From the NCBI GenBank assembly GCA_027069645.1, contig JALXEI010000341.1, positions 1 through 35,064 on the forward strand: 35,064 bases of DNA. Direction: 5' to 3'. The notes beneath the pieces are model-generated. The model had not been told where the DNA came from. It saw nothing but the letters and a program-made list of their open reading frames with translations, and did no database searches. The DNA is from Hyphomicrobiales bacterium. Its GTDB lineage: Bacteria > Pseudomonadota > Alphaproteobacteria > Rhizobiales > JAKIUO01. Each line of letters begins with the position of its first letter. The stretch's first letter is position 1. Positions 9,592 through 18,738 of this stretch are shown one piece after another. The position numbers and the translations under genes were made by a program.

Positions 9592-11064
9592 ATGCTGAAA
9601 ACCCTTTATGCGCGTCTGTCCCTGTGGCTGATCCTGCTGCTCTCGGCCATTGGCCTTCTATATATTGTGCTCAACAACTGGGCACTGCACCGGCATTTGC
9701 AACGCCTTGACCAGCAACTCAATCAGAATCTGGCCTCCGCCATTGTCGCGGATCGCAATCTGGTGCGCCAGGGACGTCTCAATGAAGCGGCGCTGAAAAA
9801 AACCTTTCAGCTCTATATGACCATAAATCCGGCCATCGAAATCTATCTGCTGGCACTCGATGGTACCATATTGTCCTATTCCGCCGATCCGGCCAAAATC
9901 AAGCGCAAAAAGGTTTCCCTGCAACCGATCCGCGCTTTCCTGAAAATGGAAAAGCCCTATCCCCTGCTCGGCGACGATCCGCGCGATCACACCCGCCGCA
10001 AGGCTTTTTCTGTCACCCCGGTGCCCTCGAAAGACAAACCCGAAGGCTATCTCTATGTGGTGCTGCGCGGCGAACAATATGCCAAAGCCGAACAACTGGC
10101 CCGCAACGGCTTTCTGCTACAAAGCAGCTTCCAAGCGCTGGTCATATCACTGGTTGTCGGTCTGCTGGCCGGTCTCATGGTTTTTCGCATGCTGACCCGG
10201 CGTCTGCATCTTCTGTCAGAAAAAATAACCGCGTTTGAACAATCGGGTTTTACCGCACCGGTTCATTTTGACGCGCCGCCAAAAAAGGGAGCGGATGAAA
10301 TCGACGTCCTGGCGACCGGCTTTGAACACATGGCCGCAAAAATTCGCCGGCAAATCGAGATTATGACCGAACAGGATGCCCTGCGGCGGCGGCTTGTGGC
10401 CCAGGTTTCCCACGATCTGCGCACCCCCCTTGCGTCCATTCTGGGCTATCTGGAACGCCTGCAACTCCGGAAAGGTGATCTGTCGGAACAACAGCGCCGC
10501 GACCTGGTCGATGTTGCCGTTCGCCAGGGTAAACGCCTGTCGCGCATGGTCGAGGAACTGTTCGAGCTTGCCGGTCTTGAAGCCCGTGAACGCGCCCCCG
10601 ATATCGAACCCTGTTCGATTGCCGAACTGGGCCAGGATATTTTGCAAAAATATGCGGTCGAGGCGGCTGCAAAAAACATAAAAATGACAATCGAGGCCCC
10701 TCCCGGGCTGCCTCTGGCGCTGGCAGATATTGCCATGCTCGAACGGGTATTTGACAATCTCCTCACCAACGCCCTGGTGCATACGCCGGAAAACGGTGAA
10801 ATCTCCCTCTCTCTTGCTGCCCGCAACAATCAGGTCGAAGTGCGTATTGCCGACAGTGGTAACGGCATACCGGCCAGCGAACTGCAACATATTTTCGAGC
10901 CGTTTTTTCAGGGCGAGAGCGGTTCCATGAATCCGGACCATGCCGGGCTTGGCCTCGCCATTGCGCGGCGCATCATGGAACTGTTGCACGGCAGCATAGA
11001 GGCTTCGAGCCGTGAGGGCCAGGGAACCGTTTTCACGCTCACACTACCGGCAACCGGGAAGTAA
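9592..11064 (+). CDS. sensor histidine kinase (two TM segments, HAMP, HisKA, HATPase_c)
   Basis: H-box VSHDLRTPLASILGYLE, N-box DNLLTNALVHTP, G-boxes DSGNGI and GLGLAI. It has an N-terminal TM segment and a second at about residue 180. It is the partner of the upstream regulator. Confidence 0.9.
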   Translation: MLKTLYARLSLWLILLLSAIGLLYIVLNNWALHRHLQRLDQQLNQNLASAIVADRNLVRQGRLNEAALKKTFQLYMTINPAIEIYLLALDGTILSYSADPAKIKRKKVSLQPIRAFLKMEKPYPLLGDDPRDHTRRKAFSVTPVPSKDKPEGYLYVVLRGEQYAKAEQLARNGFLLQSSFQALVISLVVGLLAGLMVFRMLTRRLHLLSEKITAFEQSGFTAPVHFDAPPKKGADEIDVLATGFEHMAAKIRRQIEIMTEQDALRRRLVAQVSHDLRTPLASILGYLERLQLRKGDLSEQQRRDLVDVAVRQGKRLSRMVEELFELAGLEARERAPDIEPCSIAELGQDILQKYAVEAAAKNIKMTIEAPPGLPLALADIAMLERVFDNLLTNALVHTPENGEISLSLAARNNQVEVRIADSGNGIPASELQHIFEPFFQGESGSMNPDHAGLGLAIARRIMELLHGSIEASSREGQGTVFTLTLPATGK

Positions 11065-11196
11065 CGGCTATTTTACCGGTATTTGTGCCTGATGTTATGG
11101 AATTGTTATAAAGTGGTGGTGAAATCGTCGCAAGACAGGCGCATATTCGCATCTGACAGAACTTGTACATGACATTAGACGAGGCACCGGACAATT

Positions 11197-12426
11197 ATGA
11201 AAAACATCATCGGACTTCTGGCCATCGCAGCCGGTTTTGCCATAATCCTGTTCTGGCAGTTTCCCAAACTGTCGGCCCAAATCGACCGCAATGACATAGC
11301 CTATCAGCAGGGCGAAATCGTTGGTGGTGATGTGGTCCGACTTGCGAGCGCCGACAAAACACAAAACCTTGCCGTGGCCACTTTTGCCGGCGGCTGTTTC
11401 TGGTGTGTTGAAGATGCATTTGAAGGCAAACCCGGTATTAAAAGCGCCATTTCGGGCTATGCCGGAGGCATGATCAAAAATCCGACCTATCGCATGGTCG
11501 GCAGCGGTCGTACAAAATATGTGGAAGCCGTGCAGGTCTATTATGACCCCAATGTCATTACCTATGAAGGCCTGCTGCAAATTTTCTGGCGCGATATGGA
11601 CCCGACCGATCTCGGTGGCCAGTTCTCCGACCGTGGCCGTCAGTATCGCCCGGTCATTTTCTATCACAATGAAAAGCAAAAACAGATCGCCGAACGCTCA
11701 AGGGCCGCTCTTGACAAATCGGGGCGTTTCCCGAAACCGGTGGTTATTCCGATTGAACCCTATACGACCTTTTACAAGGCCGAGGACTATCATCAGGACT
11801 ATTCCCGCAAGAACCCCGTCCATTATAACCTTTATACGAACGGATCCGGCCGCGGCCCCTTCGTCAGGCGCATCTGGGGCAAGGATCTCGAAATCGACTT
11901 TTCCAGATACCGTCCCAAACACAAAAAAAACGCGGCGACAGATTCGCGGCACAACAGGCTGATGACCATTGGCGCCTTCAAAAGGCCCTCTGACGATGAA
12001 TTGAGAAAAAAACTGACACCTATGCAGTATAATGTCACCCGGCACGAGGGCACAGAGCCGCCATTCAGAAATGAATACTGGAACAACAAGCGCCCGGGCA
12101 TCTATGTCGATATCATCAGCGGTGAACCGCTTTTCTCGTCAACGGACAAATTCAAATCCGGAACCGGCTGGCCGAGTTTCACCCGTCCCATTGTCAGGGA
12201 TGCCGTAATCGAAAAGACCGATCGCAAGTTCTTTATCACGCGAACGGAAGTGCGCAGCAAAAAAGCCGACAGCCACCTTGGTCATGTGTTTAACGATGGC
12301 CCCGCGCCCACCGGCCTGCGCTATTGCATCAACTCGGCCGCCCTGCGTTTTATCCCTGCCGAAGAGCTTGAGACAAAGGGCTATGGCCGCTTTGCCAAAC
12401 TGTTCAAAAAGGCCATGAAAAAATAG
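11197..12426 (+). CDS. msrAB: bifunctional peptide-methionine (S)/(R)-S-oxide reductase MsrA-MsrB fusion with N-terminal signal/anchor
   Basis: MsrA motif [11 protein letters not shown]. MsrB motifs GTGWPSF and [12 protein letters not shown]-terminal hydrophobic segment [20 protein letters not shown]. Confidence 0.9.
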   Translation: MKNIIGLLAIAAGFAIILFWQFPKLSAQIDRNDIAYQQGEIVGGDVVRLASADKTQNLAVATFAGGCFWCVEDAFEGKPGIKSAISGYAGGMIKNPTYRMVGSGRTKYVEAVQVYYDPNVITYEGLLQIFWRDMDPTDLGGQFSDRGRQYRPVIFYHNEKQKQIAERSRAALDKSGRFPKPVVIPIEPYTTFYKAEDYHQDYSRKNPVHYNLYTNGSGRGPFVRRIWGKDLEIDFSRYRPKHKKNAATDSRHNRLMTIGAFKRPSDDELRKKLTPMQYNVTRHEGTEPPFRNEYWNNKRPGIYVDIISGEPLFSSTDKFKSGTGWPSFTRPIVRDAVIEKTDRKFFITRTEVRSKKADSHLGHVFNDGPAPTGLRYCINSAALRFIPAEELETKGYGRFAKLFKKAMKK

Positions 12427-12667
12427 AAATTGATCCGGAGCCCGTCCGCTACATTGTCAAGGAACCAAAAGACCGGCTTATATTCCACTACCCTTGTTAC
12501 CACTCTGCTCCCCGGTCTTGAGCCGGGAAGCAGAACGGTTGACGATCGGGAAATCCGTGATAACCTTTTTACGCTTTGCGACAGTTTGCCTTGACAGTAT
12601 CACCGGAGATTTTCACACTGCGCGGCGTAACAGCAATTCGGACAATCCTGGTCGGGGCGGCAAACTG

Positions 12668-14683
12668 ATGAACAAACAGAACGACTCGCCCCGCAAACCG
12701 GCCTTTCGCAATGACATCCAGGGACTGCGCGGTGTAGCGATTATTGCCGTCCTGCTGTTTCATTTCCGGTTTGGCGGTGCCAGTGGCGGTTTTCTCGGTG
12801 TTGATATCTTTTTTGTCATATCCGGCTTTTTGATCACCACAATTCTGCAAAAAAATACCGACCGGCCCTTCTCCCGCAACCTGCTGACTTTTTATGGCAA
12901 ACGCTTCTGGCGCATCTTTCCCGCCTGTATTGTTGTTATACTCGCTAGTCTTGCCGCGGGCTGGCTGATCCTCCTTCCCGAAGATCTCGCCCGTCTTGGT
13001 CGCTCATCCATTTTCTCGGCGCTGTTTGCTTCCGATTTTTTCTTCTTTGGCGAGGCGGGCTATTTTGACCTCTCGGGGATTTTCAAACCCCTGCTGCATA
13101 CCTGGTCGCTGGCGGTTGAAATGCAGTTTTATGCGATCTGGCCCTTTTTGCTGTTGTGGTTCTCTTCAACAGGGAAACTTTCTCTCACAAAGGCTCTGGT
13201 CCTGTTTTTCATACTGATGTTTGCGGGCAGTACGGCGCTGTCCATCGGAGATCCCGAAAACGCCTTTTTCATGATGTATTCACGCTTGTGGGAATTTGCT
13301 GCCGGGGCCATTGTCGCACTCGCGCTTTCTCGCAGACCGCCATGCTCTTCAACGGTTCTCGCCGGTCTTTTCGGCTGGCTCGCAATGATCCTGCTGATCA
13401 TATCGTTTTTCACCGTCAGCAATGATATGCTGCTCCCGGCACCCGGTGCCCTGCTCGCCGTTCTGGCGACGGCAGGACTGATCGGGCTGGGGTCGGCAAG
13501 TCCCGCGACATTCCGGCTGTTATCCTTCCCCCCGCTGGTGTGGATCGGCGAGATTTCCTACAGCCTCTATCTCGTTCACTGGCCGTTGATCGTCTATATA
13601 AGCTATCTGCTTTATCCGCAGCCCTCGTTTGCAACGCGTGCTCTGGCGCTTGCAGCCTGCCTGCCCCTCGCCTTTTTGCTTTACCGGTTTGTCGAGGTGC
13701 CCTTTCGCGACCGCGGCAAAAAGCAGCCCTTTGCTCCTGTGCTGGTCGGCACCGCGATTGCTACGCTGGCCTTTGTCCTGATCACCGGTCAGTTTGTCCT
13801 TGTCAGAGACGGCGTTCCCGAACGATTTGCAGCCCCCACACTGGCGGCCCTCGACAGGATTGAACCACACCCCGGCCCGCAAGTTAAATGGCAGGGGGGA
13901 GAAACGCTGCCTGTAACATCCCCGAAAATTGTTCTCTGGGGCGATTCACACGCCCTGCATTTTAAAAACACACTCGCGCGCGAGGCGAGTGCCGCCGGAT
14001 ACCGGTTGCAAACCCTCGCCGCCCCGAGTTGTCCGCCCATATACGGTGTCTATCTCAAGCGTCATACCCTTTCCATCGCCAAGGGCTGTTATCGCAAAAA
14101 CCGGAAGGCCCTCTATTCCATTCTTCGCAATCCTCACATCGCTATTGTGATCCTCGCCGCGCGCTGGTCTTTTTATGCCGAAACCCGTCGTTTTGGCGGC
14201 GAGGCCGGGGGGCGGGCCTTCCTCACTGACAGCAAATGGGCAGCGGTCTCCGTGTCCCGAAGCCGCAGCCATTTTGCTGGCGGCCTGCGCAACACCGTTC
14301 AACGACTGGTTGACAGTGGCAAACGCGTCATTCTGCTGGGACAGGTGCCCGAATTCGGCTTTGATCCGCCCCGCTGCATCAAGATGAGCCTTGTCAGCGG
14401 CATTGGCAGGGAGGTCTGTACGATTTCCATCGCGAAAATGCGCCAGCGGCAGAAATTTGCAGAGCAAGTCATGGAGAAGATTGCTTCTGCCAGTTCAAAG
14501 GTGCGTTTTTTTCGCACCAGCGGCCCGTTTTGCAATAATTCAGTCTGCTCGCCACTGGTTTCCGGGCAAATCGCCTACAGCGATGATGATCACATCAATC
14601 CGACGGGTGCCGATACGGCCTTGCAAAATCTGCGGCTGCCACACGCCGGAGCGGTCATCCCTGTTTCCGATAGGTCCCCATGA
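12668..14683 (+). CDS. acyltransferase family 3 (OafA-like) membrane protein with C-terminal SGNH-type domain
   Basis: The motif RNDIQGLRGVAIIAVLLFHF is followed by about 10 hydrophobic segments. The C-terminal soluble domain carries VLWGDSHALH. The start was moved to ATG 12668 (MNKQND...); the frame is open from 12494. Confidence 0.85.
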   Translation: MNKQNDSPRKPAFRNDIQGLRGVAIIAVLLFHFRFGGASGGFLGVDIFFVISGFLITTILQKNTDRPFSRNLLTFYGKRFWRIFPACIVVILASLAAGWLILLPEDLARLGRSSIFSALFASDFFFFGEAGYFDLSGIFKPLLHTWSLAVEMQFYAIWPFLLLWFSSTGKLSLTKALVLFFILMFAGSTALSIGDPENAFFMMYSRLWEFAAGAIVALALSRRPPCSSTVLAGLFGWLAMILLIISFFTVSNDMLLPAPGALLAVLATAGLIGLGSASPATFRLLSFPPLVWIGEISYSLYLVHWPLIVYISYLLYPQPSFATRALALAACLPLAFLLYRFVEVPFRDRGKKQPFAPVLVGTAIATLAFVLITGQFVLVRDGVPERFAAPTLAALDRIEPHPGPQVKWQGGETLPVTSPKIVLWGDSHALHFKNTLAREASAAGYRLQTLAAPSCPPIYGVYLKRHTLSIAKGCYRKNRKALYSILRNPHIAIVILAARWSFYAETRRFGGEAGGRAFLTDSKWAAVSVSRSRSHFAGGLRNTVQRLVDSGKRVILLGQVPEFGFDPPRCIKMSLVSGIGREVCTISIAKMRQRQKFAEQVMEKIASASSKVRFFRTSGPFCNNSVCSPLVSGQIAYSDDDHINPTGADTALQNLRLPHAGAVIPVSDRSP

Positions 14684-15131
14684 GAACCGTCTGTGCCAGT
14701 TCATGCCCTTCGATCGCCGCCAGCAGCCGGTCCTTTGTCGGTTCGCCAAGATCGTCAAGAACCACGTCGAGCGCGTAAAGCTTGAAGAAATAGCGGTGGC
14801 GACCAATGGGCGGACAGGGACCGCCCCAGCCGGTACGGTTCCAGTCATTAAGACCCTCCTTTGTCCCTGCGGGCAGAGCTTCCGGGGATATGTTTTCGAT
14901 CAGTCCGGTGCTGTCGGCAGGCAGGTTGTAAAGCACCCAGTGCACATAAACCATTTTTGGTGCCTCGGGGTCGGGGGCATCCGGATCATCGACAATCAGC
15001 GCAAAACTCTTCGTACCGGCCGGAGCGCCGCTCCACGCCAGTTGTGGTGAAAAATCCTTGCCCTCACAGGTAAATTCGCGTGGTATCTCACCCTCATGGG
15101 CAAAATCTGTGGATGTAATAACAAAAGCCAT
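14655..15131 (-). CDS. YbhB/YbcL (PEBP, Raf-kinase-inhibitor-like) family protein
   Basis: 158 aa with FTCEGKDFSPQLAWSGAP...LIVDDPDAP...HWVLYN...GPCPPIGRHRYFFKLYALD, the classical bacterial PEBP signature. RBS ggggaggaa. Confidence 0.85.
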   Translation of the reverse strand: MAFVITSTDFAHEGEIPREFTCEGKDFSPQLAWSGAPAGTKSFALIVDDPDAPDPEAPKMVYVHWVLYNLPADSTGLIENISPEALPAGTKEGLNDWNRTGWGGPCPPIGRHRYFFKLYALDVVLDDLGEPTKDRLLAAIEGHELAQTVLMGTYRKQG

Positions 15132-15178
15132 CTGTTCCTCCCCTGGCGGTCTGCGAAATGGTGAGAAATGCGGGCATA

Positions 15179-17017
15179 TCAGTAAACCCGCTTTTTGGGT
15201 TTGATATATTCCACCTCGTTTGTCATCGTATAGGCGTGCACCGGACGATCACCGGCTTTCACCTCGCGCTTTTGCGCGTCGATCCAGTGCAGGGAATGTT
15301 TCATCCAGTTTTCATCGTCCCGTTCGGGATAATCCTCGCGGGCATGGGCACCGCGACTTTCCAGACGCCCGGCGGCGCCGGTCATGGTGGTGACGGCCTG
15401 AAGGATGAGATTTTCATATTCAAGGCTTTCAATGAGATCCGTGTTCCAGATCAGCGAACGGTCCGTGACCTTTATATCCTCGCCCTGCTCCCAGACCTTG
15501 CGCAGCAGTGCCTGTCCTTCTTCCAGCACCTCGCCTGTACGGAACACGGCGCAATTGTTCTGCATGACCTTTTGCATATCAAGACGCAACTTCGCTGTAG
15601 GCGTGCCGCCATCGGCATGACGCAAACGGTCCAGTCGCTCCAGCGCCAGTGCCCCGGCATTGCGGGGCAAATCGGCATGTTTGCCATGTGGTTCAAGCTG
15701 GGCGATGCAGCGCTCGGCCGTGGCCCGGCCAAACACCACAAGGTCAATCAGCGAGTTGGAGCCCAGCCGATTGGCCCCGTGCACGGAAACACAGGCGGCT
15801 TCGCCCACCGCCATCAAACCGGGACAAATGGCATCCGGGTCACCGTTTTTGGCCGAAATGACCTCGCCGTGGAAATTGGTCGGAATCCCGCCCATATTGT
15901 AATGCGCCGTGGGGATCACCGGAATGGGATCGCGCGTCACGTCTACACCGGCAAAAATGCGTGAACTCTCGGAAATACCGGGTAGCCGCTCATGGATAAT
16001 GGCCGGGTCGAGATGATCGAGATGCAAAAAGATATGATCTTTTTCCGGACCGACGCCGCGCCCTTCACGGATTTCAATGGTCATCGCCCGGCTGACCACA
16101 TCGCGCGAGGCCAGATCCTTTGCAGTTGGCGCGTAGCGCTCCATGAAACGCTCGCCCTCGCTATTGGTGAGATAGCCGCCCTCGCCGCGCACCCCTTCGG
16201 TGATCAGCATCCCCGCGCCATAAATGCCGGTGGGATGAAACTGCACAAATTCCATATCCTGCAAGGGCAGCCCGGCCCTGAGCACCATTGCATTACCATC
16301 GCCGGTGCAGGTATGGGCCGAGGTGCAGGAGAAATAGGTACGGCCATAGCCGCCGGTGGCCAGAATGGTGCGATGGGCGCGGAAGCGATGCAGGGAGCCG
16401 TCCTCAAGGCAAAGGGCGATAACGCCGCGACAGGCGCCCTCGTCATCCATGATCAGGTCAATGGCAAAATATTCGATAAAGAATTCGGCCTGATGGCGCA
16501 GCGACTGACCATAAAGCGTGTGCAAAATGGCGTGTCCCGTACGGTCGGCGGCGGCGCAGGTGCGCATGGCGGGCGGCCCCTCGCCAAATTCGGTGGTCAT
16601 GCCGCCAAACGGGCGCTGATAGATCTTGCCCTCGTCATTGCGCGAAAACGGTACGCCATAATGTTCCAGTTCGTAAACCGCGGCAGGCGCCTCGCGGCAC
16701 AGATATTCGATTGAGTCCTGATCTCCCAGCCAGTCGGAGCCCTTGACCGTATCATACATGTGCCAGCGCCAGTCATCCGGCCCCATATTGCCAAGCGACG
16801 CCGCCACGCCGCCCTGGGCCGCAACGGTATGGGAGCGCGTCGGAAAAACCTTGGTAATGCAGCCCGTGCGCAACCCCGCTTCCGAAGCGCCAAGCGTTGC
16901 CCGCAAACCGGCTCCGCCCGCGCCCACCACCAGCACGTCAAAATCGTGATCCACAAAATCATAAACGCCGGGTCTGGCATAAGCCGCGTTCACGCCATTA
17001 TTGTTATTGTCTGCCAT
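15179..17017 (-). CDS. sdhA: succinate dehydrogenase flavoprotein subunit
   Basis: FAD-binding [14 protein letters not shown], the SHTVAAQGG histidyl-FAD site, and conserved HPTG and RLGSNSL segments along the full length. The start is ATG 17017 (GTG 17020 is also in frame). Confidence 0.95.
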   Translation of the reverse strand: MADNNNNGVNAAYARPGVYDFVDHDFDVLVVGAGGAGLRATLGASEAGLRTGCITKVFPTRSHTVAAQGGVAASLGNMGPDDWRWHMYDTVKGSDWLGDQDSIEYLCREAPAAVYELEHYGVPFSRNDEGKIYQRPFGGMTTEFGEGPPAMRTCAAADRTGHAILHTLYGQSLRHQAEFFIEYFAIDLIMDDEGACRGVIALCLEDGSLHRFRAHRTILATGGYGRTYFSCTSAHTCTGDGNAMVLRAGLPLQDMEFVQFHPTGIYGAGMLITEGVRGEGGYLTNSEGERFMERYAPTAKDLASRDVVSRAMTIEIREGRGVGPEKDHIFLHLDHLDPAIIHERLPGISESSRIFAGVDVTRDPIPVIPTAHYNMGGIPTNFHGEVISAKNGDPDAICPGLMAVGEAACVSVHGANRLGSNSLIDLVVFGRATAERCIAQLEPHGKHADLPRNAGALALERLDRLRHADGGTPTAKLRLDMQKVMQNNCAVFRTGEVLEEGQALLRKVWEQGEDIKVTDRSLIWNTDLIESLEYENLILQAVTTMTGAAGRLESRGAHAREDYPERDDENWMKHSLHWIDAQKREVKAGDRPVHAYTMTNEVEYIKPKKRVY

Positions 17018-17061
17018 CACATCCGCCTTTTATTTTATGCTGCCATACGCGCCGCTCACAG

Positions 17062-17230
17062 CTCACACTGCCAACTCTCTGCAATATGGATCCCCGCCTG
17101 CGCGGGGATGACACAGGGGGGACCCCCTGAAAAACAGACAATCCTCGCACTTCACTGTCCTTCACGCTCCCACTGTCACCCTTGCGCTCCCATTGTCATC
17201 CCCGCGAAGGCGGGGATCCATATTCCAGAG
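17062..17230. repeat. palindromic mini-element copy A (27-bp TIRs at 17087-17113 and 17194-17220)
   Basis: tggatccccgcctgcgcggggatgaca and tgtcatccccgcgaaggcggggatcca are reverse complements at 26 of 27 positions. Each TIR holds a ccccgc-N4-gcgggg hairpin. The left 89 bp differ from copy B at 5 positions. Confidence 0.85.
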
Positions 17231-17259
17231 AACTCGTAATTGTAAAACAAACTTCCCAC

Positions 17260-17559
17260 CTACAAATCCCAATCACAGGACAAATCCGACCAATCCGGGT
17301 TATCCTCCTCGATCAATTTTATCTTCCAGTCGCGATTCCATTTTTTCAATCTTTTCTCGCGCAGGATTGCCTCACCGATTTCCTGATGCACTTCATACCA
17401 CACCAGCCTGTGAACCCCGTATTTCGCCGTAAAGCCTTCAATGACGCCTTCCTTGTGTTCCCACACCCGTCGCAATAAATTGCTGGTCACACCAATATAA
17501 ATCGTCCCGTGTTTTGAGCTGGCGAGCATATAGACATAATACTGTTTTTCACCGTTCAT
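17260..17559 (-). CDS. small stand-alone GIY-YIG nuclease family protein (UPF0213/YhbQ-like)
   Basis: YYVYMLASSKHGTIYIGVTSNLLRRVWEHK...REKRLKKWNRDWKIKLIEEDNPDW shows the GIY...YIG, Arg and Glu signature of the about 100-aa GIY-YIG family. The start is ATG 17559 (GTG 17562 is in frame). Confidence 0.85.
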   Translation of the reverse strand: MNGEKQYYVYMLASSKHGTIYIGVTSNLLRRVWEHKEGVIEGFTAKYGVHRLVWYEVHQEIGEAILREKRLKKWNRDWKIKLIEEDNPDWSDLSCDWDL

Positions 17560-17560
17560 C

Positions 17561-17728
17561 ACTCACACCGCCAACTCTCTGCAATATGGATCCCCGCCTG
17601 CGCGGGGATGACACAGGAGGGACCTCCTGAACAACAGACAATCCTCACACCTCCACAGTCATCCCGCACTTCACTACCCTTCACGCTCCCACTGTCATTC
17701 CCGCGCAGGCGGGGATCCATACGCAGAG
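17561..17728. repeat. palindromic mini-element copy B (27-bp TIRs at 17587-17613 and 17693-17719)
   Basis: It has the same orientation and architecture as copy A, and its TIRs match at 26 of 27 positions. It begins 1-2 nt upstream of the GIY-YIG start codon. Confidence 0.85.
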
Positions 17729-17774
17729 TCCTCTCGTACGCATCCTCACTGCCACAGCACATGGAAAAGCTGGT

Positions 17775-18077
17775 TCATTCCTCGACCTTACAACCGGTTA
17801 GGGCGCAAACAGTATGCACAAATGCGAATAAAACCTGTTCATCCGAAAGATCACAATAAATAGGAAAGTCAGTCGAATTTCCTGCGGGATTACCTTCTTC
17901 ATTACACCGAACAACATTCAGATACCGTACAGTCCCTGCCCAATCTTTTTCCTTGGGTCTATGCTGAACCCACGCTCTTTTTTCCCATCCATCTGGAGGT
18001 TGCGTCCACTGAATGTAATAACTGCCATTTGAATCTCTCTGAATTTCCAAGTCCACTCTCCTTATCTCTCCCCTCAA
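17775..18077 (-). CDS. hypothetical small protein (91-100 aa), AT-rich, no ATG start
   Basis: The ORF has no Met codon at all. Candidate starts are TTG 18077 (overlapping the upstream stop), GTG 18056 or TTG 18050. A strong SD (taaggaga) lies 7 nt before TTG 18050. It is visibly AT-richer than its neighbours. I recognise no family. Confidence 0.45.
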   Translation of the reverse strand: MRGEIRRVDLEIQRDSNGSYYIQWTQPPDGWEKRAWVQHRPKEKDWAGTVRYLNVVRCNEEGNPAGNSTDFPIYCDLSDEQVLFAFVHTVCALTGCKVEE

Positions 18078-18736
18078 TGCCGCGCTGTCCCCTGCAAATC
18101 CTTGTATGGGGCAAACGCTTCCATCCCCCGCCAGTCGGGCAGGGCCTGATCGAGGAAGTCGATCATTTGCGTCTGTTTTTCGGGGTTGGGCTTTTCCGTC
18201 GTTTCCTGCAACACTTCGAGATAATATTCCTCATCCGTTTGAAGCGCCCTGATGAAATCATCGAAATGCAGCGCCAGCGTCACCCAGGCGTTGGCTTCGG
18301 GCTGGTCTTCAAGGTCGGGGATGCCGTGGATGAAGGCGACAACACGATCCTCGCCGGTCTGCTCGAAATCGGTAAGGTCAAGATAAAGCTCGCAGCCCGA
18401 ATTATCCCGCGCGATGGGCAGTACCTGCGGCGGCAGTTGTGCGGCTTCGCGCGACAGTTTCAACTCGTGCTCAAATGTTCCGAAAGGCGAGCTTTCCAGC
18501 CGTCGCTTTGTACCGTAAAGCAGGGAAAAACTGCGCGGCACTTTCATGTCGGGGTGATCGACCTCGATATAATAACCATCCAGATTGCCGCCATTGGCAA
18601 CCTGCAAAAACTGTTTGTAGGCGTCGGGCAATTTTGTTTGCAGCTCTTTTTCCAGCGCCTCGATTTCCCCTTCGGCGGGCGCACCAAGAAAATCCCTGAT
18701 GATGATATTGCCAAATTTTGTATAGGTCGCACCCAT
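18074..18736 (-). CDS. SMI1/KNR4 (SUKH-1) family protein, immunity-protein-like
   Basis: Its N-terminal region IEALEKELQTKLPDAYKQFLQVANGG is the hallmark SMI1/KNR4 motif (LPxxYxxFLxxxNGG), and it is about 220 aa long. The ATG lies 2 nt after the sdhD TGA, with GGAGG inside the sdhD 3' end. Confidence 0.75.
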   Translation of the reverse strand: MGATYTKFGNIIIRDFLGAPAEGEIEALEKELQTKLPDAYKQFLQVANGGNLDGYYIEVDHPDMKVPRSFSLLYGTKRRLESSPFGTFEHELKLSREAAQLPPQVLPIARDNSGCELYLDLTDFEQTGEDRVVAFIHGIPDLEDQPEANAWVTLALHFDDFIRALQTDEEYYLEVLQETTEKPNPEKQTQMIDFLDQALPDWRGMEAFAPYKDLQGTARH

Positions 18737-18738
18737 AA

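Noticed and set aside
15158-16714. Long + strand ORFs (15158-15964 and 15992-16714) opposite sdhA
   Set aside because: They lie antisense to an unmistakable full-length sdhA. Their Gly/Ala/Arg/His-rich composition is typical of shadow ORFs in GC-rich coding DNA.
16760-17762. ORFs translating the palindromic elements (WIPACAGMTQGG, MDPRLRGDDTGG, VIPAKAGIH/IPAQAGIH peptides)
   Set aside because: These peptides are simply read-throughs of the ccccgc-N4-gcgggg repeat in different frames. They recur wherever the repeat occurs, so they are not genes.
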